Assembly (NCBI GenBank): GCA_024274915.1
Contig: JAJSAC010000073.1
Location: forward strand, 878 to 64,877
Source of the DNA: Thermodesulfobacteriota bacterium
GTDB taxonomy: Bacteria > Thermosulfidibacterota > Thermosulfidibacteria > Thermosulfidibacterales > B14-G1
Length of the DNA stretch: 64,000 bases
Direction of reading: 5' to 3'
Numbering within the stretch: position 1 is the first letter of the stretch; every line of letters starts with the position of its first letter. Below the pieces are notes generated by a model, which saw only the letters and a program-made list of their open reading frames with translations, searched no databases and was not told the DNA's origin. Made by a program: the position numbers and the translations under genes. Below, in pieces: positions 20,801-31,506 of this stretch.

Positions 20801-21110
20801 GTCCCACAGTCCAGGCTCTCTGCCCACCCTAGATGTGATCAGGCTTTCCTTCCGGAAGAGCCCTAAGCGAGTGCAGCTCCGGGTAACGAGCTACCCCGTT
20901 TCCCTGTCCCGAAACGACCAAACGGGCGAAATCCTGTGGGCCGTGAACTGGGGGAGCGGTGACATCGAGGACCAGCGCATTACCAGCGATAAGGCGGAGA
21001 TGGACGCCCTGTCACGGGAAGCAACTAGAATGAAAAGGGGCTCTGTTTCCAAAAGCGCCCTCACCGTTCTGATCAACAGGTACCTGGGGCCAAAGGCAAG
21101 ACACAAGTGA
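17871..21110 (+). CDS. 1079-aa orphan secreted protein with a coiled-coil region, a carboxypeptidase-regulatory-like fold and beta-rich C-terminal domains
   Basis: Signal/anchor GQVIGLAALLWLLGFLAHA and an Ala/Gly/Thr-rich amphipathic block (aa ~150-290). A long R/K/E/Q coiled-coil region spans aa ~300-530. GRVLSTRGSPITGAVVSVEVNGRKFVGKSRADGGYQLSF is CarboxypepD_reg-like. No catalytic motif was recognised. Confidence 0.7.
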   Translation: MRLRRSLSAGKRATGQVIGLAALLWLLGFLAHAYTTSASPARPSPANVWMSTIAKHDNSLKELNEKLSTEVNRIRKELKAKQAEAHQDPKCTALVCKDLKKALQAMLSVKDRAGMAWVMADVGTGQLREFVDSQQRALPAMEKGTRRVALANFLQGVAQATADVAAAIAISAATGEPANLTESLKIIGSEIANFTTNKIIDAATGYQSAVGSEGTKAAASLGGGPIAEDIANHLAVTLSGMGTLTTLRVEEKLVMRAQFLPSAAKLSKGKTAAGGFVTTMAVQSVLHAITANARGEVKKDLKRLQKQIQKAMIDQTSWRVAILIQEKNTEDMKKYHTQMGTLVSMLENVRASCELQIQRTQCLRHFKDAVEQAKARYQTKIGPLLERRRSAKDRLRQARERYQKDLATAQERHQKLRQARDQLSRAEILWKNRALIENLATRARDPGVRERYRKELAELRALGEPGPYRRRVARLEGSLSTLWKEIDQELKRIELLSLKKAQEISKTTTAVTAANEELSQAILRARSQLATCSAPSPSALKMRPIPSRRKIARGYKGVITPGDYYPLLIEAEENLLALLRKVHIRTRTQPNCKGRKVSGRVLSTRGSPITGAVVSVEVNGRKFVGKSRADGGYQLSFPREEPLPEELMATANKPGFNTATRVVRREENQNANIYLSPLSKYVIQIDSTLHHLGDGNYSGSINSQFQRRSSEGLRYEKIFVLDQDRLPQNTLPAKLVLTVKGSQQENPVTINDTKIGTLGFSKEDGSASATEIDFDLCILKPGRNKIEIHSSRRGDGDADDFEFVNLQIVMTPAQELEAENTRLATLSSVIITDQDFRKPLSSVAEEGHFWIKAKGQSRCPSLKAIAKVAVYPKGANEADKVQVTLVETGPDSSEFHSLKGISVAELSASPGQTIIVRSGLRGASVKVTGRGGETGKEGLPAEKDKRGPTQGTDKNPRQEPVKEGKSVQWTTYRLEVRSHSPGSLPTLDVIRLSFRKSPKRVQLRVTSYPVSLSRNDQTGEILWAVNWGSGDIEDQRITSDKAEMDALSREATRMKRGSVSKSALTVLINRYLGPKARHK

Positions 21111-21232
21111 CATCGAGAGAGGAAAGGGAAATCATGCCCTCAGGCAGGTCTCAAAGGAGGTGCAGGGCCTTGCCGAACAATGGGCCCAATGGCACGACCA
21201 GCACCCCCCCTGTCGGGAGGGAAGGCTCCCCT

Positions 21233-22669
21233 TTACACTGGCGGCCTCTTTTTGTGCCAGTCTGTGACCCCCTGGTAGGCGTATCCCAGAGAGAGGATGG
21301 TGGCCTCATCGAAGGCCCTGCCCATGATCTGAAGGCCCACGGGAAGCCCCTCCCGGGTGAAACCACAGGGCACAGAGACGGCGGGTATTCCCGCCAGGTT
21401 CACAGAGATGGTGTAGATGTCCGAGAGGTACATGGTGAGGGGATCCGCCAGCCTCTCTCCCATCCTGAAAGCCGGGGTGGGGGAGGTGGGGGTGACAACG
21501 GCATCGCACGCCCTGAAGACCTCCTCAAAATCCCGCTTTATCAGGGTCCTCACCTTCTGGGCCTTGAGGTAGTAGGCGTCGTAGTAGCCCGCCGACAGGG
21601 CGTAGGTCCCCAGCATGATCCTTCGCTTCACTTCCACGCCAAAACCCTGGGAACGGGTCTTGACGTACATGTCATACAGGTCCTTGTGCTCCGGGGCCCT
21701 GTATCCGTACTTGACCCCGTCGTAACGGGCCAGGTTGGAGCTGGCCTCGGCCGTGGCCACCAGATAGTAAGTGGCCACGGCGTAGGGAGAGTGGGGGAGG
21801 GAGACCTCCTCCACCCGACAACCCAGACTTTCCAGGACCCTCACCGCCTCCAAGACCGCTCCTCTCACCTGGGGGTCCAACCCCTCACCGAAGTACTCCT
21901 TGGGCAAGCCCAGCACCATGCCCCTCACTTCCTTGAAGAGGAGCTCTTGGGCCTTATGGGGAGGATAGGGGGCAGACGTGGAGTCCCGGGGATCGTGACC
22001 CGAGATGACCTCCAGCAAGAGGGCGGCGTCTTCCACGGTGCGGGTGATGGGACCGATCTGGTCCAGGGAAGAGGCAAAGGCCACCAATCCGTAACGGGAA
22101 ACTCTCCCGTAGGTGGGCTTGAGACCAACCACGCCACAGAAGGCGGCGGGCTGACGAATAGATCCCCCCGTATCAGAGCCCAGGGCCGCCAGACACTCCC
22201 CGGCAGCCACGGCAGCAGCGCTACCCCCGCTAGACCCTCCCGGCACCCGGTCCAGGTCCCAGGGGTTGTGGGTGGTGAAGAAGCCTGAGTTCTCCGTACT
22301 AGAGCCCATGGCGAACTCGTCCAGGTTGGTCTTCCCCAACAGGACGTACCCCGCCTCTCTCAAGCGATCTACCACCGTGGCATTGTAAGGTGGCTTGAAC
22401 CCCTTAAGGATCTTGGAGGCACACGTGGTCTCTAAGCCCCTTATGCATATGTTGTCCTTAATAGCTAAAGGGATCCCCGCCAGTGGCCCGCCTTTAACCT
22501 TCTCCGCCGTCTCCAGGGCCTCTCCCGGGAAAACATTTATGTAAGCCCTGACCCTGGACTCCACCTCCTCGACCCTGTCCAGTATGGCCCGGGCCAACTC
22601 TCCGGCACCCAGCTCGCCCTTATCCAAAGCCTCCCGGGCCTCTTTTACGGTCATCCAGCACAGCTCCAT
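21233..22669 (-). CDS. gatA: Asp-tRNA(Asn)/Glu-tRNA(Gln) amidotransferase subunit A
   Basis: 478 aa with the amidase signature [14 protein letters not shown] and [31 protein letters not shown] lies 8 nt before the ATG. Confidence 0.95.
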   Translation of the reverse strand: MELCWMTVKEAREALDKGELGAGELARAILDRVEEVESRVRAYINVFPGEALETAEKVKGGPLAGIPLAIKDNICIRGLETTCASKILKGFKPPYNATVVDRLREAGYVLLGKTNLDEFAMGSSTENSGFFTTHNPWDLDRVPGGSSGGSAAAVAAGECLAALGSDTGGSIRQPAAFCGVVGLKPTYGRVSRYGLVAFASSLDQIGPITRTVEDAALLLEVISGHDPRDSTSAPYPPHKAQELLFKEVRGMVLGLPKEYFGEGLDPQVRGAVLEAVRVLESLGCRVEEVSLPHSPYAVATYYLVATAEASSNLARYDGVKYGYRAPEHKDLYDMYVKTRSQGFGVEVKRRIMLGTYALSAGYYDAYYLKAQKVRTLIKRDFEEVFRACDAVVTPTSPTPAFRMGERLADPLTMYLSDIYTISVNLAGIPAVSVPCGFTREGLPVGLQIMGRAFDEATILSLGYAYQGVTDWHKKRPPV

Positions 22670-22681
22670 GCCCTCCGCCTC

Positions 22682-26232
<3,551 letters not shown>

Positions 26233-26383
26233 AATGTTCCTCCATAGTTAGTGATTTTAGTAATAGTAGTGGGTTTTCCTTTTTATGTAAATCCCGGGGT
26301 ATCTCTCCTTTTCCAATGGGTTGTGGTGTTGGTGGGGTTGGGGAAATCTGGGGAGGACCTTTGGGTACTCTGTTGATAGGATG

Positions 26384-27751
26384 CTAGCCTTCGATGAGTC
26401 TCTCCAGTTTCTCAATGGTTCTCCTCATTTCCTCATCTTCTTTTAACACCTTTTCCACCTTCCGGATGGAGTGGAGGACGGAGGTGTGATCTTTTCCACC
26501 GAAGGACTCCCCCAGCTCGGGAAGGGAGCAGTGGGTGAACTTCCTCGCCAGATACATGGCGATCTGGCGAGGGACCACCACACTCCTGCTCCTCTTTTTG
26601 GACTTCAAGTCGGAGATCTTTATCTGGAAGTGATCGCATACCAGCTTCTGGATCCTCTCAACGGTGACCTCCTCGGATATGTTGGGGAACAGGTCCCTCA
26701 GGGCCCTCTTGGCCATATCCAGGGTGATGGGTCTCCCCACGATGGAGGACATGGCCCCCAAGCGGATGAGGCATCCCTCTAGCTCTCTCACGTTTGACTT
26801 GACCCTCTTTGCGATGAAGAAGATGATCTCCTGGGAGAGATGGATGCCTTCCAACTCCGCCTTCTTCCTGAGAATGGCCACTCTAGTCTCCAGGTCGGGG
26901 GGCTGGATATCGGCGATGAGTCCCCATTGGAAGCGAGACTTGAGACGCTCTTCCAAGCGCTCCATCTCCCCCGGATACCGGTCGCTGGAGATGACAATCT
27001 GCCTGTTGGCTTCGTGGAGTTCGTTGAAGGTGTGGAAAAACTCTTCCTGGGTCCGGTCTTTCCCCGCGATGAACTGGATGTCGTCCACCAGAAGGACGTC
27101 GGCACCCCTGTACTTCCTTCTGAAAAGGGCCATTCTGTCGAAGCGGATACCGTCTATGAGCTCATTCATGAACTTCTCTGCTGAGATATAGACCACCTTG
27201 ATCCTTGGATGCCTGGCCAGGATCTTGTGGCCAATGGCGTGAAGGAGATGGGTTTTTCCCAGTCCCACACCTCCGTAAATGAAGAGGGGGTTGTAAGTTC
27301 TGCCCGGCTCCTCGGCTACAGCCACAGAAGCGGCGTGGGCGAACTGATTCCCGGAGCCCACAACGAAAGAGTCGAAGGTGTACTTGGGGTTGAGCTGGAT
27401 CTGGTGTACGGCAGCTACTCCCTTGGCCCTGGGGTCCTCGGCGGGGGCTTCCTCTTCGGCGGGGGCCTCCTCTTCGGCGGGGGCCTCTTCCACCGAATAG
27501 TCTAGTTCGACCTCTCGATCCCATATCTGTTGGACTTTTTTCCTTATTAGCTCCTCGTAGTTTTCAGCGATCCAGCCCTGGTAAAACTTGTTGGGCACGC
27601 ACAGGGTGAGGGATCCCGGTGAGTTAGATGATACCTTCACAGGGGCTAACCACGTCTCAAAGCTGCTCTCTGGGATTTCCCGCCTCAGCTCCTCGACCAC
27701 TTTGGTCCACAGCTCTTCCAGGACAGCCTTCTCCTTGTCTTTTCTACTCAT
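26384..27751 (-). CDS. dnaA: chromosomal replication initiator DnaA
   Basis: AAA+ Walker A GGVGLGKTHLLHAIG, Walker B LLVDDIQFIAGK, and the domain IV DNA-binding helix DHTSVLHSIRKV. Confidence 0.98.
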   Translation of the reverse strand: MSRKDKEKAVLEELWTKVVEELRREIPESSFETWLAPVKVSSNSPGSLTLCVPNKFYQGWIAENYEELIRKKVQQIWDREVELDYSVEEAPAEEEAPAEEEAPAEDPRAKGVAAVHQIQLNPKYTFDSFVVGSGNQFAHAASVAVAEEPGRTYNPLFIYGGVGLGKTHLLHAIGHKILARHPRIKVVYISAEKFMNELIDGIRFDRMALFRRKYRGADVLLVDDIQFIAGKDRTQEEFFHTFNELHEANRQIVISSDRYPGEMERLEERLKSRFQWGLIADIQPPDLETRVAILRKKAELEGIHLSQEIIFFIAKRVKSNVRELEGCLIRLGAMSSIVGRPITLDMAKRALRDLFPNISEEVTVERIQKLVCDHFQIKISDLKSKKRSRSVVVPRQIAMYLARKFTHCSLPELGESFGGKDHTSVLHSIRKVEKVLKEDEEMRRTIEKLERLIEG

Positions 27752-27934
27752 ACTGAGTTATCCACAGGTCGTTCCCTTTGTCGCAGTTTAATCGTAACCC
27801 ATTGATGAATCTACCACTATATGAAAAGAAAAGAGCCTCCCGGCCGGTTTTTTCCAAAGGCTTTTCCACAGCGGCCCAGGGCTTGTGTTTTCCTTATACC
27901 ATCTGGAAAAGGGCCCATCAATGGGTGAAGTGAT
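27752..27934. other. candidate oriC / DnaA-box cluster with an AT-rich patch
   Basis: A perfect TTATCCACA lies at 27758-27766 and TTTTCCACA at 27862-27870. The weaker boxes TTTTCCAAA (27850-27858) and the reverse complement of TCTGGAAAA (about 27903-27911) are also present. An AT-rich TATATGAAAAGAAAAGA lies at about 27818-27834. Coding orientation diverges here. Confidence 0.6.
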
Positions 27935-28157
27935 CAGGACTTCCCCCAAAATTCCCTTCCTGGTAAAGGCATCATGTTCAGAATCTTGGATTTTTTCTTT
28001 CCAACAAGTGAAAGGGCGGGGCATTCCTCCCTTGCCCATGGCTCATGGCTGATAGCAACTATGAGCTATGAACCATGAACTACGAGCTATGAGCTATCAT
28101 CTCTGCGCGCGGAACGCCCCGCCCTGCCATCTGAGGGTAGAACTGGGGGAAGTCCTG
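27935..28157 (+). mobile_element. MITE-like repeat, copy 2 (complete, 223 bp)
   Basis: The TIRs are CAGGACTTCCCCC (27935-27947) and GGGGGAAGTCCTG (28145-28157). They are flanked by identical GTGAAGTGAT at 27925-27934 and 28158-28167. The nested inverted repeat is 28013-28027 / 28111-28125. Five TATGARC-type heptamers lie at 28060-28094. Confidence 0.85.
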
Positions 28158-28258
28158 GTGAAGTGATGAAGGTGGGGCCCCCGGAATGGGATGGGGCCTT
28201 GTGGAATGGGATGGGAGGGGATATGAGTAAAATCTGTAGAAATGCAGGGGGTGTTTCT

Positions 28259-29635
28259 ATGAGCCTGGGAGCAGTGGTACTGGCTGCTGGGAAGGGAACC
28301 AGAATGAGGTCCAGCATCCCCAAGGTGCTTCACGGGATTTTAGGACTTCCCATGGTGGTTTGGGTCCTAAGGGCGCTGCCCAAGGAGGTGGAGAGAGCCC
28401 TTGTGGTCACAGGCCATGGCAGGGAGACTGTGGAGGAGGCCTTGGCGGCCTATGGTGTGGTGTTTGCGCATCAGGGGGAGCAGAGGGGAACGGGGGATGC
28501 TATGAAGGCGGCGTTGCCCCATCTCCGGGAGCCTTGGGTCCTGGTGGTTCCTGGAGATATGCCACTCCTTTCGGCTACCTCCCTGGCGTCTCTGATTGGG
28601 TACCACTTCGGAGAGGGGGCGGATCTCACCGTCCTTACCGTTAGGCTGGAGGACCCGGGAGGGTATGGCCGAGTGGTGAGGGAGGGGGGAAAGGTGGTGG
28701 CTATTGTTGAGGAAGGGGAGGCTACCCCTCATCAGAGGGGGATAAAGGAGGTGAACACGGGGGTTTACGTCTTCTCCAGGGCCCTTTTGGAAGAGGCCCT
28801 CCCGGCCCTGAAACCCCACTCACCGAAGGGAGAGTACTATTTGACGGACGTGGTTTCCTGGGCTGTGAGTAGGGGTTGCGCGGTTCGGGCCTGGTCCCTG
28901 GAAGACCCCAGGGAGGGGATGGGGGTGAACGACCGGGTCCAGCTGGCAGAGGCGGTGGGGGTGTTGAGGGAAAGGAAGAACCGTTCCCTTATGGAAGAGG
29001 GTGTCACCCTGGTAGATCCGGGTACGGTCTACGTGGAGGCTGATGTTGAGGTGGGTCCCGACACCACGGTCTACCCCTGGGTTTTCCTAGAGGGTAGGAC
29101 CTGGATAGGGCAGGGCTGTGTCATCCGATCCCACAGTCGGATAGTGAATTCCGTGTTGGAACGGGGCGTGACGGTGCTGGACTCGAGCGTCGTAGAGGGA
29201 GCGTACCTGGCCCATGGCGTCTCCGTGGGTCCTATGGCCCATCTACGGCCTGAGACCCGTTTGGAGGAGGGAGTGAAGGTGGGGAACTTTGTGGAGGTGA
29301 AAAAGTCCACCCTGGGTCGGGGTACCAAGGCTGGGCATCTGGCCTATATAGGGGATGCTACCCTTGGGGAGGGAGTGAACGTGGGTGCCGGCACCATCAC
29401 CTGCAATTACGATGGTTTCACAAAACACCCCACCACTATAGGGGACGGGGTCTTCATAGGCAGCGACACCCAGCTGGTGGCTCCCGTGAAGATAGGTTCC
29501 CACGCCTTAATAGGGGCGGGATCTACCATCACCAAAGATGTGCCAGAGAACGCCTTGGCCCTCTCTCGGGTGCAGCAAAAGGTGATACCCCATCATGGAG
29601 TGCTCTATTTTAAGAAGAAGAGGGGCAGAGGATAA
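28259..29635 (+). CDS. glmU: bifunctional GlcNAc-1-P uridyltransferase / GlcN-1-P acetyltransferase
   Basis: MSLGAVVLAAGKGTRM N-terminus and a C-terminal hexapeptide-repeat left-handed beta-helix (NVGAGTITCNYDG). The start is set at ATG 28259. Confidence 0.95.
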   Translation: MSLGAVVLAAGKGTRMRSSIPKVLHGILGLPMVVWVLRALPKEVERALVVTGHGRETVEEALAAYGVVFAHQGEQRGTGDAMKAALPHLREPWVLVVPGDMPLLSATSLASLIGYHFGEGADLTVLTVRLEDPGGYGRVVREGGKVVAIVEEGEATPHQRGIKEVNTGVYVFSRALLEEALPALKPHSPKGEYYLTDVVSWAVSRGCAVRAWSLEDPREGMGVNDRVQLAEAVGVLRERKNRSLMEEGVTLVDPGTVYVEADVEVGPDTTVYPWVFLEGRTWIGQGCVIRSHSRIVNSVLERGVTVLDSSVVEGAYLAHGVSVGPMAHLRPETRLEEGVKVGNFVEVKKSTLGRGTKAGHLAYIGDATLGEGVNVGAGTITCNYDGFTKHPTTIGDGVFIGSDTQLVAPVKIGSHALIGAGSTITKDVPENALALSRVQQKVIPHHGVLYFKKKRGRG

Positions 29636-31455
29636 TGTGCGGAATAGTGGGATATCTGGGAGAAGAGAAGGCCCTGGGAGTCCTGTTGGAAGGGCTGAAG
29701 AGGCTGGAGTACAGGGGATACGACTCGGCTGGTGTGGCCCTGGTTTCTGGGGAGCGCCTTCATGTGGTGAAGTCCGTGGGGAAGATCAGAGAGCTGGAAA
29801 GGGCCTTAAGGGATGTGGAACCGGAAGGGACCATCCACTTGGGAATAGGCCACACCCGCTGGGCTACCCATGGAAGGCCCAGTGAAGCCAATGCCCATCC
29901 CCATGTGGCAGGGCCTATCGCCTTGGTCCACAACGGGATCATAGAGAACTACTTGGAAATCAAAAGGGAGCTGGAGGAGGAGGGGTACACCTTCTTGTCA
30001 GATACTGACTCGGAGGTAGTGGCCAGGCTCATCTTCCATCACTACGGTGGGGATCTCTTCGAGGCTGTGAGGGAGGCACTAAAGCGCCTCAAGGGGGCCT
30101 ACGCCCTGGCGGTCATCTCTGAAGAGGAGCCCAACTGTCTGGTGGGTGCCCGTAAGGATAGCCCCCTGGTCTTGGGTCTTGGTGAGGGAGAGTTCTTTTT
30201 GGCTTCGGATATCCCTGCCATCCTCCCTTTCACCCGGAGGGTCCTCCTCCTGAATAATGGGGACAAGGTGCTTATCACTCCCCAGGGGGTCTCCATAGTG
30301 GACGAGGCAGGCGTGGCGGTAGAGAGGCCTGTGCAGCGTATTATGTGGAGCATAGCCCAGGCGGAGAAGGCGGGATACAAGCACTTCATGCAAAAAGAGA
30401 TCTTCGAGCAACCCCGGGCCTTGGCGGACACTTTGAGGAGCTACATCTCCCCTGAGAAGGGAGAGGTGTACTTTCCCCAGGCCGCCCTGGATGACGCCTC
30501 CCGATGGAGGCGGGTGACTATGGTGGCTTGTGGTACCTCTTGGCATGCGGCTTTGGTGGGAAGGGTCTGGCTGGAGCCCCTGGTGGGGGTTCCTGTGGAG
30601 GTGGATATCGCCTCGGAGTTTAGGGCTAGGGATCCGGCATTGGATGGGGACTCCTTGGCGATTTTTATATCCCAGTCGGGGGAGACGGCCGATACCCTGG
30701 CGGCGTTGCGGCTGGCCAGGGGAAAAGGGGCCAGGACCTTGGCGGTATGCAACGTGGTGGGTTCCAGTATATCCAGGGAGGCCCACGGCGTGATCTATAC
30801 CCACGCAGGGCCGGAGATAGGAGTGGCCTCTACCAAGGCCTTTGTCACTCAGATGGTGGTCCTCTACTTACTGGCCCTCAGGCTGGCCAGTGACAGGGGG
30901 AGGATGGAGAAGGAGGAGGTGTCCCGGAGATTGGGGGTTCTCCTTTCCCTGCCAGGGAAGATGGAGGAGGTCTTGGCCCGGGAGGGGGAAATAGAAGGGT
31001 TGGCCAGAGAATACTTTCAGGTCAAGGACTTCCTGTACCTGGGCCGATGGCTCAACTATCCCATCGCCTTGGAGGGGGCCCTGAAGCTCAAAGAGATCTC
31101 CTATATCCATGCTGAAGGGTACCCCGCAGGGGAGATGAAACATGGCCCCATCGCCCTGATAGAGGAGGGATTACCTGTGGTGGCCATTGCTCCCCGGGAC
31201 AGGGTCTACGATAAGATGGTGGCCAATGTGGAAGAGGTGAAGTCCAGGGACGGGGAGGTGATAGGCGTGGGCACTCAGGGGGATCCTCTGGGACAGCGGG
31301 TGGACCGCTTCCTCTCCATTCCCCCGGTGGATGAGGAACTCACGCCCTTCCTGACGGTACTGCCCCTCCAGCTATTGGCATATTTTATCGCCGACAGAAA
31401 GGGATGCGATGTGGATCAGCCCAGGAACCTGGCCAAGAGCGTGACGGTGGGATGA
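29635..31455 (+). CDS. glmS: glutamine--fructose-6-phosphate aminotransferase
   Basis: MCGIVGY Ntn-Cys start, two SIS domains (ISQSGETADT) and a C-terminal KSVTVG-type end. Its start overlaps the glmU stop. Confidence 0.97.
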   Translation: MCGIVGYLGEEKALGVLLEGLKRLEYRGYDSAGVALVSGERLHVVKSVGKIRELERALRDVEPEGTIHLGIGHTRWATHGRPSEANAHPHVAGPIALVHNGIIENYLEIKRELEEEGYTFLSDTDSEVVARLIFHHYGGDLFEAVREALKRLKGAYALAVISEEEPNCLVGARKDSPLVLGLGEGEFFLASDIPAILPFTRRVLLLNNGDKVLITPQGVSIVDEAGVAVERPVQRIMWSIAQAEKAGYKHFMQKEIFEQPRALADTLRSYISPEKGEVYFPQAALDDASRWRRVTMVACGTSWHAALVGRVWLEPLVGVPVEVDIASEFRARDPALDGDSLAIFISQSGETADTLAALRLARGKGARTLAVCNVVGSSISREAHGVIYTHAGPEIGVASTKAFVTQMVVLYLLALRLASDRGRMEKEEVSRRLGVLLSLPGKMEEVLAREGEIEGLAREYFQVKDFLYLGRWLNYPIALEGALKLKEISYIHAEGYPAGEMKHGPIALIEEGLPVVAIAPRDRVYDKMVANVEEVKSRDGEVIGVGTQGDPLGQRVDRFLSIPPVDEELTPFLTVLPLQLLAYFIADRKGCDVDQPRNLAKSVTVG

Positions 31456-31506
31456 GGGGAAAGCCCCGGCCAGGGGGGAAATGAGAACAGGGTTTGGGGG
31501 GGAGGG

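Noticed and set aside
26233-26383. The dnaA-dnaN spacer as the primary oriC.
   Set aside because: It is AT-rich but contains only weak (2 or more mismatch) DnaA-box candidates. The perfect and 1-mismatch boxes and the strand-orientation switch are upstream of dnaA. It is kept only as a possible second origin module.
28060-28125. The heptamer tract and palindromes considered as a CRISPR array or minisatellite-encoded peptide.
   Set aside because: The units are 7 nt with no spacers, far below CRISPR repeat size. There are no cas genes in the window. The tract is internal to a TIR-bounded element.
29600-29640. A glmS ribozyme upstream of glmS.
   Set aside because: glmS starts on the last base of glmU (overlap at 29635), so there is no leader in which a ribozyme could reside.
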